A DNA stretch of 63,295 nucleotides, counting the filler, from Kipferlia bialata (lineage: Eukaryota): assembly GCA_003568945.1 (NCBI GenBank). It is 8 parts of 7 records of this genome, joined end to end, with 100 filler letters (N's around TTAATTAATTAA, not from the genome) between each part and the next. Parts side by side here need not be neighbours in the genome. Positions count along the whole stretch, not along the records: positions 39,363 to 46,862 come from BDIP01000855.1; positions 46,963 to 54,207 come from BDIP01000856.1; positions 54,308 to 59,437 come from BDIP01000858.1; 5 more parts are not named here. One strand, 5' to 3'. Made by a program: the position numbers and the translations under genes. Positions 40,157-54,677 of the stretch are shown here, one piece after another (the stretch's first letter is position 1; the number at the start of each line of letters is the position of its first letter). The notes beneath the pieces were generated by a model. That model did not search any database. It saw only the letters and a program-made list of their open reading frames with translations, and had not been told where the DNA came from.

Positions 40157-42207
40157 CTACACTGAACATCTCTCTCCCTCACCGTCTCCCTCTCCCCTCC
40201 ACACGGCGGGTACCACCTTTGCTATGAGGGAGGGTGGGAGGGCGACTGCCGCAAACCCTGCCAGTACCATCAGTGCCCCAAGTACATAGGAGAGAGAGAA
40301 GCCCTCTCCGTTGAGTGTGGCATCGACCACCATGGATAGGGGTATGGAGAGGGAGATACCCACGCTCGCTATCAGGGGGCCACCGTACCTGGGGGTCAGG
40401 GTGGGGCTCAGGAGGGAGTAGGGGAAGCTGTGAACATTGTGGTCAGGAACAACTCCACTCTCCCCCCTCTCCCCCGCTGCAGCTTCTTAATCCTACATAT
40501 AGAGGTATCCACTACTGCTGAATACAACCCACCTGACACTGAGTGCCCAGAGTAGGTCACTGACGAATGACCCCAGCAGCATGTTGATGACTAAGGCAGG
40601 CACAGCGCCGGAGGGGGGGAGGGGGGTGGGCCATACCAGGAAGAGGGGCCAGTACAGAAGGAGGACAGCAAGGCCTGGGGGGTGAGGTGTCACACTATAT
40701 ATACATGTCTTCGAGGGATAGTGCCGCATACCTGTGTATCCAAACAGTTCAGCCGTGTGGAAGGAGTACCGCTTGCTGAGATGGGCCACATAGGTGGTGT
40801 ACAGGCCATACAGCACGGCAGACAGCTGGGGTGGGGGGAATCCTTCTATATACTGGTGTGCAGGCCATATACATATATAGAGAGAGAGAGAGCACGGCAG
40901 ACAGTTGGGGTGATGTGCGTATTGCACTTGTACTCTCTATCCATATACGCACAAATATATGTACACCAGCGAGAGCGTGTCCCCATGAGTGTCTGTGCCC
41001 ATCGATACTAATAGTCTCTACATACTACACTATCTATCCTTATGTATATATATATATCCATACATATATATATGTACATACCAGCGACAATGCGTCCCCC
41101 ATGAGTGTCTGTGTGCCCATGTCTGTCTCACTCAGAGCCACACACACCACACCACATATCCTACAGGGTGAGGGGGGAATACTCTCAGGGACATACGCTA
41201 TGTACACAACTACAGGCGACTCTGGGCTATGGGAATATATATAAGGTACATACGTACGTGACAGAGACCCCAACAATACCAGGCACGGTGACAGGGACCT
41301 GAGATTAGAGGAAGAGAGAGAGAGAGAGAGAAAATAGTGTCAGGGACCTGGGAGGAAGGATGGAGAGAGAGAGAGAAGAGCCTCACCTTGAGGATGATTG
41401 CAGAGCACACCAATGCACTAGCACTGCAGAGTGATGATATGATAGTGCTGCTAGCCACAGACGTCCTAGGGTGGGAGGGGGGGAGAGAAGTGCACTAACA
41501 CTCAGCACCAATATACATATGTATATGGATGTGCATAAGTGGCGTGGTACCTAGCCAGGGATGCGTTGAAGGACAGGTTGGCACAGAAGTACAGGGCGCT
41601 GAACACAACGGCACACTTGAACAGAGGGGTGCCACGCAGCCACTCCTTCTCCCCCTCTCCCTCTGCCTCTCCCTCCAACACCCCCTCCTCCACGGTATCA
41701 TCCAGCAGGCTCTGCCTCTCCTTGGTATCTGGACTACCCTCCACCCCCTCCTCCCCTTCCTCTCCCTCCTCCCCCTTCCCCTTGTCTGATGGGTCACGGG
41801 AGTATGCCCCAAAGGGTGTCCCCAGCAGATACCCTATGAACACCGTGGTGTTGAGGTAGGTGAGGCCCAGGGACTCATCCCACTCGGCATCTGGGGGTAG
41901 ATATATATATATATATATGTATAGATATATATATATGTAGGGACATGCACAGAGATACGATATATGGGGCATGATACTACGCTGTGACACACTCTCTACC
42001 GACATCTCCATGCTATCACACAGAGATACGGTACCTGTCTGTATGAACTGGATCAGCTCTGAGCTCAGCACCCACAGACAGGCCACGCAGCATACAAGAA
42101 TGGCACCTGGGGTAAAGGAGCAGACACAGATGCAGAGAGGGAGTGGGGGGTATCTTCATACAACGCCACCAACCTGTCACCCTCCCATCTGATGCCAGCT
42201 GCGGCAT
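40157..42207 (-). CDS. SLC35F5/Thi74-like EamA (DMT) family transporter
   Basis: MPQLASDGRVT/GAILVCCVACLWVLSSELIQFI..LTYLNTTVF..LYFCANLSFNASLAR/TSVASSTIISS..GDALSL/LSAVLYGLYT..LFGYT/G..GSFVSDLLWALSVR/YGGPLIASVGISLSIPLSMVVD. Confidence 0.9.
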
Positions 42208-42690
42208 TGCCCACACTTCCTGCACCCGGGGGTCGTATCGATATGTGTTGGCGTAGGCAGGGGGACCAAAGCACGTGAGAGAATGAGTGATCCTGCATCA
42301 CTCATGATACAAGTGCTTTTTGAGACCAGATTCAAACCCTTTTGCAGGTGGCAAAGTGTGGTGTGGCTATCAGCTATCGCGGTGAGGCTCTGGTCCGAAC
42401 AGAGACCAGTGTCAGTGTATGGACTCTAGTGTGTAGAAAACGCGAGGCACTTACGACACACGTAGCTGACTCGAACACTCTACACTGATTCAGGGGATAC
42501 TGATTAAAAACCATTTGAGCCCAAAGGTTGCCTTCCTGTCTGTCTTGCGGATAGATAGCTTCCATCTCTTCAGGACACAGAGTGTGTGTTACGCCTTACC
42601 AGTCTGTAGGACACTTTCAGAAGGCCGCCCTCCCTCCCCCCATCCCCCATCCCCTCTGGCCTGCCTTGGTCAGGGTATCCTAGCCGGCAG

Positions 42691-43972
42691 ATGGACCATC
42701 TCTCTGAACCACCCATCACCTTTGTCCAGCCGTCCATCCCCCACGTAGATACGGGGGGCGGCCTGGCTCTATACGGACACAGACAGGTGGGTGGGCTTCA
42801 ATACAGTAGGGGTGGAGCTCCCCCGCCCGGCAAGAGTGTGAATTCACCCACACTCTCTTTGCCTCTGATCAGTGTTACTCTAATTGTACGCTTCCCCTTC
42901 CTCTGTGTATGTTCTCACCCCCAGGCCCTGGTGATTGGCCAGAATGCCGTGTGTGACGCTGCTGCAGTGGTGGGTTCCGATGCTGTCAAGGGCCCTGTCG
43001 ACACCGACATGTCTGAGGTCGAGCCCTCCCCCCACAACTGCGGCATAGTGACTGTGCCACCCGCCGCTGACGATGACACACCCCAGACAGTGCAGTGGGA
43101 GCCATTCACATGCCCCATAGACCCAAAGGTATACACACCCGTGCCATCACCGGTATGGTCTCCTCTAGTCCCATCTCTCACTTACCCTCAGGTCATGGCC
43201 GCCTCCTGCAACCTGTGGGACAAGGGGCACAAGCTGTTTGTGTTTGGCGGCTTTAACGACGAGTATGCCCATGACTCAGCTGACAGGTTCTATGAGGATC
43301 TGTGGGAGCTGAGCATAGACACGGGTAGGGCTCGGCTATTTATAGAACACAGCAGGGATCTATGTCTCTCTTGTGCTTCTGAGGCATATATGTGTGGCAA
43401 TGGTGTTTATTATACCCGTATACTTCATGAACTGATATCTTACTCCCTGAGTAACAACAGTGACACTCTCTTGCCCAACCCCTATAGCGTGTTTTTCCCG
43501 TCCACCCCTCATCTCAGGTGTCTGGAGGCGGATAGGCCCCGGGGGTACCTCCCCTGATGACGCCTCGTCGTCTCTATTAGAAGAGGAGTCCAGCGAGGGG
43601 GAGTTTGCCCACTCTGACTCACTGACGTCCCCTACAGTACCCAGGTATCAGTGTCACTATATATATATATTGTATTATAAGTATATATATATATAAAAAT
43701 ATGTGTGTGTGTGTGTGTGTGTTATTGTCAATATAGTATAGCACTGACCCCCAGGGCCTGGCCCAGTGGTAGACAGTGGTATATTTACGTATATATATAT
43801 ATATATATATATATTCAATATTGTCAATAAGTATGGCACTGACCCCCAGGGCATGGCCGACTGGTAGACACTCCCACTCTGCCTTCTGCGTTGATGGCCT
43901 CTTGTGGATACTGGGTGGCCATGACATAGACCATCTGGAGGACAGCCTCTGTGACGTGTGGTCCTATGACCC

Positions 43973-44009
<37 letters not shown>

Positions 44010-45358
44010 GTGTCACTCTGTAGTACAACAGTCTGTCCTCACCCCCCAGAGACTGAGGTGTTCACCAAGCACCAGGACTGTCCAGTTGAACTATGTGGGA
44101 CATGTGCAGAGGTCATGGACGGCGAGGTACTACTCTATGCTACTATATAGTATGTAGTATAGTATATCAGTTGTTGTGCGGCACATGTGCAGAGGTCATG
44201 GACAGGTATGTATGTATGTTGTATGTATGTATGTATGGGACTGCTCTGAGTGTACACATACCAATTCCCCCCCCCCCCTGCCTCACCCCAGGTCCACCTA
44301 GTTGGTAGTTATGAGGAGCCCACCCTGCACATGGTGTTCTCTCCCAGCAAGGTATGTATTAATACATCGATGGTATATATATACATATACAACAAGGCAC
44401 AGTGTAGAGAAGTGGATACTATACTCACCCCAGGGCTTCCGGCGTCTCCCCCCCACCCCCTTTGGCTGTTGCTATGCCGCCACGTTCAGGGTGCAGAGGA
44501 CGATGGTGGTGATAGGGGGGGTGGGGCATGGCAACATGGTGCATGCACTGGATACAGTCACAGGTTAGGAGTGGTATCTGTATTTTTTTATATACACACA
44601 TATACCCAGACACACACATATATATAGGGAGAGAGAGAGGCAACATGGTGCATGCACTGGGTACAGTCACAGGTATATATATGTATAGACGGTGTTCATA
44701 TATACATATAGAGGGAGAGAGAGAGAGAGAGAGATAGTTAGGCACGGCAACATGGTGCATGCACTGGATACAGTCACAGGTATGGAGTGGTATATATATT
44801 TACACACATAGAGAGAGAGAGAGAGAGCGCGAGAGAGAGAGACAGAGATATATATATATATATATATATAGTAAGACATGGCAACATGGTGCATGCACTG
44901 GACACAGTCACAGGTATGGAGGGGTGGTGTATATATATATATGTGTATATATATATGCTGAACACCTACACCCCCCCCCCCCTCACCCCAGGCCTGTGGT
45001 CTGAGTGGGCCACCATTCCCTTTGACTTCTTCCACGGCAGGGCATGCCTACTCACACCGGACACAATGGTACTGCACGCACAGGTGGGTGTATGTATGAG
45101 TGTATATATATACATTAGATACTGTCTTTGGTGTGTTTGTGTGCCCTCTCCCCTGTCCCACCCCAGACCGGGTCTCTCATTGGTACTCTGGACCCCATGG
45201 TGTACTCACCCCTGGCCCTGCAGTACAGGCCCCCAGCAGCCCCCGCAGGCCTTCGCCCCTCCTCCCTACTTCCCTCGCAGCATGTTAGACAAGGCGGTCA
45301 GGCAGATAGGGAAGGGGGCAGGGTTTCCCCTATGCGAGGAGATGTGCTACTCACCTGA
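42691..45358 (+). CDS. Kelch-repeat beta-propeller protein
   Basis: KLFVFGGFN..EDLWELSIDTGVWRRI; WPTGRHSHSAFCVDGLLWILGG..DVWSYDPETEVF; MVVIGG..VHALDTVTGLWSEW. Confidence 0.85.
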
Positions 45359-46215
45359 GGACCTGTTTCCTCTCTGTTTTCACCCTCACCCCCCCTTTCT
45401 CGAGGCCCCCCCACTACCCGTGGGCCCCTCTTCCTAGCCACCCTCCCCCATCACACATCCATACCCCTTGGGGGTAGGGCGCAGGGGGTGGTACCTCTAC
45501 CGGGTACCCACCCCTACTGTCGCCATGGACTGGCACCCTGTCTCACTGATACTCAGTGTATCGTGAGACATGCATATGTCCTATTCCAGACACCCATTGT
45601 ACGCAAATGGTACAATTATTTTCACGTACTCCCACGTAACCTCACTTTTTGGAGTCCTCTGTATTCTATCGATAGCGGTAGTGTTATTTGCATTTGCTCT
45701 TAGTAGCCCCCCCAACCAGTATTAGGGTTGGGAGACATAGATATCGTGTCATCAGTTGGAAACGTGGATTTGATTCTTTTGAGTGTAACACCCCTGTCAC
45801 TGCTGGAAGTCAATACAATGTGTATCTAGTGGGTATACATAAGAAGACTGTGGATCTGGTGGGGAGTAGGCCTGTGGGTACATAATGATGTTCATAGTTG
45901 AGCGACATGTCTATCTTCACTAACGGGATTGTGAATCGACCTATGGATACTGAGGGCAAGACTAAGGGTATATATAGAAGCACATATATAAGGGTGTATC
46001 CATGGGCGGCGCTCAGTTGGTGGTCAGTACCCCCCCACCCCATTTTGTGTTGTTTTCAGCTGGCATTCAGTACGCGAGATAGACCTTTCAGACATTTCAT
46101 ACTACTTAGTGACAGACCCGTAATCCCAAACATTTTTAGACCAATTTGAGTCACTTGGTCTTCTCTTTAGATCTTGCTCCGAACATAGGCCCTACAGCGC
46201 TCCGTTGCTGGTGCT

Positions 46216-46618
46216 ATGACCCTCTCCCATGCGGATTGGGTCTACGGTCTGACAGGTAAGGCAGAGTGGGCATAAGGTTTACATGGCTAGGCTATATGAA
46301 TCCATATACATCATTTTGAGTAGAGTGACTATATTGAATGTGCACATGTCTAACGCCCCCTCCAGTACAGGTTGTATGCACATTATTGGTGGTAGTACCT
46401 CTGCTAGGGTGTGGCTGTTGGTGTCTTTCCTCTGTTGATTCTTGATGAAGGCGCACTTCACTGTCTCAAGTCTAACTCTCAGAGGATGGCGACTGCTTCA
46501 ACTCCACCCACCCCATTGTCATCCTGCATGGCCTGGCCCTGTTTGCAGTTGTGGTGGCTGCGCTGTGTCTGAAGCGGGTGTGGCTGGCCTTCAGGGGCAG
46601 GGGCATGTGGCTGAACAG
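46216..46618 (+). CDS. First two exons of a membrane protein, 3' partial
   Basis: MTLSHADWVYGLT/EDGDCFNSTHPIVILHGLALFAVVVAALCLKRVWLAFRGRGMWLNR with GTAAG and GTGAG donors. Confidence 0.6.
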
Positions 46619-46831
46619 GTGAGTGGTATGGTCAATACGACATGTATCTTTGACGTTATCCGCTATAGAGTTGGTCTGGGACGTGGGCAGTGGTTGTTCC
46701 AGTGGGTCTGGGTCTCATTCCCTTTGTCTGTTCTGAGTATTCACTCTTCCGCATGAAACACTTCACTCATACACCAAAACAGTGCACTTTGCTCAATTAT
46801 GTATCTTCGCCTCTCTCTCTCTCTCTCTCTC

Positions 46832-46862
<31 letters not shown>

Positions 46863-46962
46863 NNNNNNNNNNNNNNNNNNNNNNNNNNNNNNNNNNNNNN
46901 NNNNNNTTAATTAATTAANNNNNNNNNNNNNNNNNNNNNNNNNNNNNNNNNNNNNNNNNNNN
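46863..46962. other. Artificial contig-joining linker
   Basis: N44-TTAATTAATTAA-N44. Confidence 0.97.
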
Positions 46963-47022
46963 TAAAAGAGGTTTCTATCCCCCCCCCCCCCCCCCCCCCC
47001 CCCTTCCATACTCTGACCCCAG

Positions 47023-50000
47023 TCCCTGCAGTGCTTGGATGTGTCGTACAACAACCTCACGTCCCTCAGCACCCTTCGCAACCTGACCCACAACACAGCC
47101 CTACACACACTCTCCCTCACAGGTATGGGAGGGCTCATGGTTGCAGTGTAATAATGTGGACTGTCACACATATTCTCTTGTGACGTTACATTTTCCTATC
47201 TGTTCCTTAACTCCAGGCAACGGTCTGACATCCTGCAAGAGATACCGCACCATGGTCAACACTATTCTGCCCAGTCTGTACGTGAGAGTCTTCTGCAGTA
47301 TTGGATATGTATACACCATGCATTACTAGTATAGTGTCGTAATTGTCTTCTTCTCTGACCCTCCAGGTGTGTACTGGACAGTTTGGTGCTGAGGAGGGGC
47401 GGCAGGGGGTACAAGTACTCGCTAGGTAGGATTACCGGAACACATAGTCCACTCTAGACAATTGCATTATGGCATATCAATATATGTATATGATAACTCA
47501 GTGCACTGCCCCCTCTCACCTCAGACAGTGTGAGTCGCACCCCCGGTGTTGTCAGGGGCCTACCCGAGCCCAAGAGCCCCGCCTACCCTGGTGTGGACTC
47601 TGTGAGACGGATGAGAGAGAAGTACACTGAGAAGGAGAGAGAGGCAGAGAGGGAGAGGACGACAGAGCGAGGCCTTGAGGCCATGCGCCAGATCCACTCT
47701 CTCTCTCCCTCTAGTGCCAGTCAGAGTCTTGTCCTCTCTGCCTCTGACCATGCCCTATCCCCAGTTGTTAGAATGGCACTGGGGGCATCTGTGGTGGCAC
47801 CCCCTGCTGCACACACAGAGAGTGCAGTGGTTAGTGACACTGTGGGAGAGGGAGAGAGGGGTGATGCATGTATGCATGAGAGTGAGGAGGAGGACGATGG
47901 TGCCTCTTTCATGACAGCGACAGGGGACGGGTCTGTGGGGAGGGATCACACCCCAGAGGGAGGGGAGGAGCACGATCTATCTATCATCGTGGAGGAGACT
48001 CACCCTTCTGATGCTACAGGGGCTGAGGGTAAGGGTGCAGATGTAGATGCTTCTGACGAGGAGTCTGGGGTGGAGGTGTCAGAGGACGATGGCACAGGGT
48101 TTGTGGTACTATTAGAGAGTGGGGAGAAGGCTGGAGAGGGTGAGAGTGCCGCTGTCCCCCCTGAGACTGAGGATGTCCCCTCCTCTATCTCTGCTCAGCC
48201 CACTACAGTGGAGGGTGAGGAGGTTGAGACCCCTGTGGCCACTCCCTCTCCCCCTGAGGTGTATGCCGATGCCGGGGAGTGCACCACTCCCCTCACCAAC
48301 AGAGACGCCAGTGTCATACACGTGGCAAGGGATGCAGGGTTTGGAGGGAGAGGTACTGTACAGGGAGAGTCTACTGCATCAGGTCGTGACCCTACCCCTG
48401 AGACGGGTGGGGAGGGAGAGAGCGGGAGTCCGAGGCGTGACCGATTTGTGTTGAAGAGAGTGTCGTCAAGCAGTGAGGCATACCCAGACATCAGGTGGGG
48501 CATGGATAGTGTAACATAGAGTACATATAACCCCACCCACACCCTCTGACCCCAGCACCCTCCTGCGGCCCATGCTGCCGTGTGCCCCAGGTACAGGTAG
48601 CTCAGGAGACAAGACCCCAGAGCCTGAGGAGAGGGCACCCATACCCACCCCAGAGCACAGGGAGAGGCAGAGGGAGAGGGAGAGAGGGACTGGGAGTGAC
48701 CAGTTGGGAGGCACCTCCGTCATGGCCGAGTTGAGGTCGGTGTCCAGCCTCATATCCCACATGAGGGAGAGAGAGGGCAAGGCGGAGGGTGTGGCCGAGA
48801 GAGGTCAGACAGGGGTGAAGCAGGAGCTAGGTATGGATATGGTAGTTCTACTAATTGCATTCCCCATATGTATCACTCTGCGTCTCACCCCCAGGCCAGG
48901 TTGGCCACCTCCTGGACCACATCATGGCACAGATGCAGGAGCAGGAGAGGGAGAGGGAGAGGGAGAGGGCAAAGGGAAAGGAGAGATCCACAATTACATA
49001 CAAACAGGTAAGATATGAGTGAATGATGTATATATACCCTATATCATGCCTGCTATCCCTCGTCTGACCCAGCCCCCCCTCGATATCCATGAGCTAGGCA
49101 GCTCCAGTGCAGTGGCATCCACAAAGAGAGAGAGGAGGGGCGGGAAGCGTGTGAGGCGGTCTCTGGTGATGAAGACCGACCCTTCACAGAGGAAGGTGGT
49201 GGGGCTAGGGGGTGAGAGAGAGGTCCCACAGGGTGGAGGTGGTAGTGCCCCTGCCCCCATGAGTGAGAGGCGGATAAGGTCAGTCACTGGTGTCACACTT
49301 TGTGTTTTAGATACATTCAGTGGTACTCTATATACTATGTAGTATATACTCTCTCTCACTCCAGGCAGCGTGTCCTGTTGACCCCCCAACCTGCCAGTGC
49401 CCTGCTGCAGCCCACCCTCCGCCCAGTCAGACAAGGGGAGGGAGAGAGGGGGAGAGAGAGAGAGCTCCAAGGGGTTAGGAGAGGCAGTGCCTCCGGTGGC
49501 CCCTCTCAGTCTCTGAGAGTGATGGAGGAGATGGTGGAGAGGGAGAGAGAGAGGGCGCTGCTCAGAGGCAGGGAGAGAGAGATGCAGAGGCAGCGGGAGA
49601 GGCAGCAGGGGAGTGCCGCTGTAGACCCTGATGACCTAGACGACATGATACAGAGAGAGGAGGCAGAGCTGGACAGCCTCTCCCAGACACAGGCACGTAT
49701 ACATGTACAGGGACAGGGAGAGAGAGAGAGAGAGAGGCCAAGGGCGCACAGGGAGGAGCCAGAGGGTATGAAGGCCCGTACCAGCAGACCCCCCTCTGCC
49801 ACTAGGAGGGGGGCCAGGACCCCTGTTCGATCCATGAGGGATAGGGGAAGGGCACCCGCCAAGCAGAGTCTGCACAGAAAGCCAGGTTGGTGTTTAGATA
49901 TGTATTTGTGCGGGTGTTTATGTTTAATGTATCAATATCTTACCCCAGATCTCGGGTGCAACTTCCACTCAACTACCACGAGACCCGGCCACAAGAGGTG

Positions 50001-51521
50001 GGTGTGAATGGGTTTCTTTCTCTCTTAGGCTACACTGTAGTATAGGATATTGTTTTCTCATCCCTCCCACTATATGGTATATGTATATGATATGGATCTT
50101 TATGGTATATGGTGCATATATATTACTCTACCCTATCCCCCCTCTCCCCCCAGGTTCCGCAGTGCATCGTCCGTCAGATCTGGCCAGCGCAGGGCCTCAG
50201 TCACCAGACCTGGCCCCACCCCTTCCTCACATGGGTCGGGGTCCTATGGGTCAGGCTCTGCCAGGGCTAGGCCTGTGGCTAGAAGGGCCACATCCCAACA
50301 GAGAGGCGGGAGGGAGAGGGTGAGGGAGAGAGAGAGAGACGTGCAGCGCATCATATCAGGGTCCAGCAGGGTGGGCAGGGAGAGAGAGAGATCCGGTCCC
50401 AGGAGGGAGAGGGAGAGAGTGGTGTCCAAGGCCCCAGAGATGGACAGTCTGCGGAAACTACTCACAGCCCAGTCCCACTCGGTGGTCAGGTACAGGCACT
50501 ATGCACTGTTATTATATTCTCTCTGCCCCCCCCCCCCATGTTACCACCCTACCTCACCCCCAGGCCAGGTGGCCCAGGCACCATGCGGACCACCAGGTCC
50601 CACCCCCAGAATGAGTGGGAAACGATGACTACTGAGGAGGCCAGGCTGGAGAGAGAGGACTCGGGAGTCAGGCCTGTCCAGAGGGAGGAGACACTGTACG
50701 CCGACGCCATCGATGACAACAGCTACTCACGGAGCCACTCTCGCACGGTGTCTGTAGAACTGAGTGAGGAGGAGAGGGAGAGGGATGATGTTGTGCCTCA
50801 GACCAGCTCCAAGCCAGCAGGGAGTGTGATAGGGACTGGGAGGGAGAGGAACACTGCCCCTAAGGCCTCTACCAAGCAGAAGGACTACCCGATGATGTCT
50901 CTCTATGCCCTGGACACACTTGATGCACTGAGGTATGGATATACAATACATTATAGTATGTTGCAATCCTGACTGTATTGCTCTCTCTCCCCCCCCCTCC
51001 TTGACCCCCTGACATCAGGGCAGGCAATGCCAGTATGTCTGCACAGCTCAAGGCAGTCAAGGCACAGACAGGTATGCACCACGATTATATATACCCACTA
51101 TCCTGCACCTGTTCTGTCTCAAGTCATGCAGTAGTGTCACTATCAGTGTGTCTCACATCCAGGCAGCCTGCAGCACAGGGAGAGGAGCCTTGTGAAGCAG
51201 CGGGATGAGTTGATGGAGGCCCTGGCAGAGGGTGAGGCCGAGGACGGGGCAGGGACCACAGACCCCACTCTAGGTGTTGCCAACATTGTACCCGTCTCTC
51301 CCTCCGTCTCTGCCTCAGGCGATGATACCTCTGAGGACCCAGCCCCCATCCCCATGCCCCCCAGAGAGAGGTCTAGACACACCCTCCTAGGTGACAGGCA
51401 GAGGGAGAAGAGCAGGTCGGGCTCCAGACACACCCTGCTGGGCGAGGACCAGGACGTGTACCACTCCTGTGTGCAGCTCCCATACACACCCTCCTCAGTG
51501 TCGGAGGGGTTCCCAGAATAG
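47023..51521 (+). CDS. Leucine-rich repeat protein with LRR cap and long low-complexity/coiled-coil C-terminus, 5' partial
   Basis: SLQCLDVSYNNLTSLSTLRNLTHNTALHTLSLT/GNGLTSCKRYRTMVNTILPSL..VLDS, then long open exons (47527-48494, 49365-49885 and others) ending EGFPE*. Confidence 0.8.
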
Positions 51522-51735
51522 ATGTAGAAGTAACCTTCTAGCGTCAATTTCTTCATCTCTGCTAGGTTGTAGACAGGCACACCCTTACAAATATTTTGTA
51601 GGAGACTCACAATTTGTGAGTCACAAACAAGACTGTATGTATACATATTTATTGCTATTATGGTGGGGCAACTGCTTCAGTGCGAACACTGCAGCTGCCA
51701 ATCTAATTCTCTCTAAGCTAGGGATACAGTGCCTC

Positions 51736-54151
51736 TCAGACTGACTCCTGGGGCTCTCCGCTGCCGTATGCCCCGTCCCCGTCCTCCTTAGCGTCTATGC
51801 CACTCATGATGGGAAGGTCCTCCTGGCCAGCCTCTAGGTCCAGCTTGCCAGTCAGCTTGTGGCCATACCGAGGCCACAGCACAAAGTATCCAACTCCTCC
51901 CAGCAGAATCAGCACGCCAAGGACAATGAGGGTGACACCCCACCAGGGCATGCCCCCAGAGGTGGGGAGGGTGGCAGTGTAGCTGCAGGAGATGCTCTTG
52001 CTGAGGGTCAGAGGCAGCTATCAATTATCCTACCCAATACTAGATGCACTCCACATATAGTGTCCCTCTTACGACATACCAGTTATGGCACCAACCTTCC
52101 AAACTCGTCGACTGCGTTAGTCTCCAGTGCCACTACGAAGCAGTTCTGTGCAGTGTAGGCAGGGTCAAACTCTAGGGTCTCAGAGATCTTGATGCGGCTA
52201 CCGTTCTGCTGTGCCTGTGGGTAAGAAGGAATACAAGAGGTAAGGGATGTAAGCATAAAGAGCACAGAGGATATCCTACCTTGGCCTCATACTCTGATGG
52301 AGTGATGGACCCGTCCTTGTGTGTCTCACATACAGCAGACCGCACAGTGATAAAGTCATCCTGGGGTTGGAAAGTCGCACACGAGTGTGTGAGAATATGT
52401 GTGAATATTGTCATTAACAACACAATACACTACACGTACATCGGCTAGGGACCCCTGGCACTCGAGCTCAGCACTGAGCATATCCCTGGGGTACACCACC
52501 CACTGATCGTACTGGTACGAGATGTATCTGCGGTGAGATGTCTAACACAAGGCACACACCCCAGAGAGGCATCTACTTCCAAGTATACCCCCACCTACTG
52601 TTGGCGAATGTGTCCTCGGGCTCCATCATTAACTGTGTCTGGGAGTCATAGTCTGACACGGTGTAGTCACAGCTGATGCCCTGGGAGCCAATGTGCTTGG
52701 TGTTGGCAATGTACTCAAAGTACCTGGGGGTCAGGGAGAAGTGTACATAGAGATATCTATCCACTATACAATCACTCATCAGGTACTATCACATACCAGC
52801 AGTTGTATCCCTCGTGGATCTCAGTGTAAATGTCCTGGTCAAAGTTGACAGTTACCTGGAGGTGAGAAACACAGACACAAACACATTTACAATCGGATGT
52901 TTACCGAAATAGAGTACTGTGTGAACAAGTAAGCAAGGTTGGAGAACTATGGTGTAAATGCAACAATTATGGTTGAAGTACACACGTACCGGTCCGTAAT
53001 CATACCGGCTCTCGACCTTTCTGGAGACTGTTCCATCAGGAGAACAGAAGGCACGGCCCATTCTGAAGTAGTCACGCCTAGGGGTGAGGGATGATGAAAC
53101 AGGGGAAGGATATATATACATATGTGAGAGAGGGGCTCACCCCTCTGTGGTGCCGTCTCCTGCCAGGACTCCGGAGCATGACAGTCTGGCGGTGTGCATG
53201 TGGTCATCGACATAGTACGACAGGGAGTCCTGACGTCAGGGACAGGGTGAACATGTATATATCCCACTTGTCCTCCAACAGAGTGTAGCTAAAGGTAACA
53301 TATATCAACGCAGGCACACATGTGAATCACCTGACCGTTGTAGGCAGAGGCCGATGTCAGAGTCCCCTTCTGCCCAGGTGCCAAGGGGGGGAGGGCAACC
53401 AGGGTACCGGTGGACACGAAGGGAGTGGCCGTGTAGGAACAGGTGAATCCAGTGCCGACTGGTGTAAGGGTATGGACATCAACCATTTACAATTGGGCTT
53501 GGGGAACAAGATATGAAGACCAATGACCAACCTAGATCAAGAGAGTCTGTGACCATCTGCACGACCACACAGTTGGCACTGTCCCCATCAGTGGTGACTG
53601 CAGCAGGGTCAAGGCGGAGGTAGACATCCTGGGAGTCGATGGCAGAACTGGTGGTTAGTGAAGAACAGAGAGTAGTAGTATCCAGTGATTTGTGGCACTC
53701 CGACACACAATAGACCTCCTCACCCTGAGTACACGATGTTGGCTGGGTCTAGGGCTGGCACTGACATGGTATCGGCACAGTGGGCCAGATAGACGTCGAC
53801 AGCGGCTGTCTTGGACACATCGACATTCATCTGAGGTGAGTGGCATGTATATCATATACCCTACACTTACTATACCCGCAAGGTCTATATATATATATAT
53901 CCCCTCACCGACAGTGTGACTGAGGCCAGGTCCTCAGCAGGGTTCAGCACCCAGGTGTCCTTGGCAGCGGGGACGTATCTAAGGGTGAGAGGGTCAGTAT
54001 GACACACACATATACACCTCATATCCAAATGTGGGAAATATAATATACATATCCCATGTATACCATGCATACAAACCCCATGCTCTGTACCTGATGTTTG
54101 AGAAGGTGCCTGACAGTGATGTCATGAAGGTGCTGGACGTGTCCCACACAC
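51736..54151 (-). CDS. Type-I single-pass membrane (surface) protein, 5' partial
   Basis: Multi-exon S/T/D/Y-rich ectodomain, then GGMPWWGVTLIVLGVLILLGGVGYFVLWPRY (TM) and a short acidic tail ending PQESV*. Confidence 0.8.
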
Positions 54152-54207
54152 CTGGGGGTAGAGGAAGGTGGGGGGGGGGGGGGGGGGGCGGGGAGAGGAA
54201 AAACAAA

Positions 54208-54307
54208 NNNNNNNNNNNNNNNNNNNNNNNNNNNNNNNNNNNNNNNNNNNNTTAATTAATTAANNNNNNNNNNNNNNNNNNNNNNNNNNNNNNNNNNNNN
54301 NNNNNNN
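54208..54307. other. Artificial contig-joining linker
   Basis: N44-TTAATTAATTAA-N44. Confidence 0.97.
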
Positions 54308-54360
<53 letters not shown>

Positions 54361-54677
54361 ACCAGATGTGAACCAATGTGGCAAAACAGAGTTTCACAGG
54401 AAATATGTATACAAAAAAGCATGTGTGTGTGTGTATGTACATATAGGTCCATACCCTGCAGGTCCTGCAGCATTGTGCCGAGGAGATATAATTATATATG
54501 TATAACTAACAATAACTACACATATATGTATATACAATCCCATACCCTGTAAGTCCTGCAGCATTGTGCCGAGGAGATATATATATATATATATATAACT
54601 ACACATATATGTACAACAATAACTACACATATATGTATATAGGTATATGTATATAGGTATATGTATATAGGTCCGTA

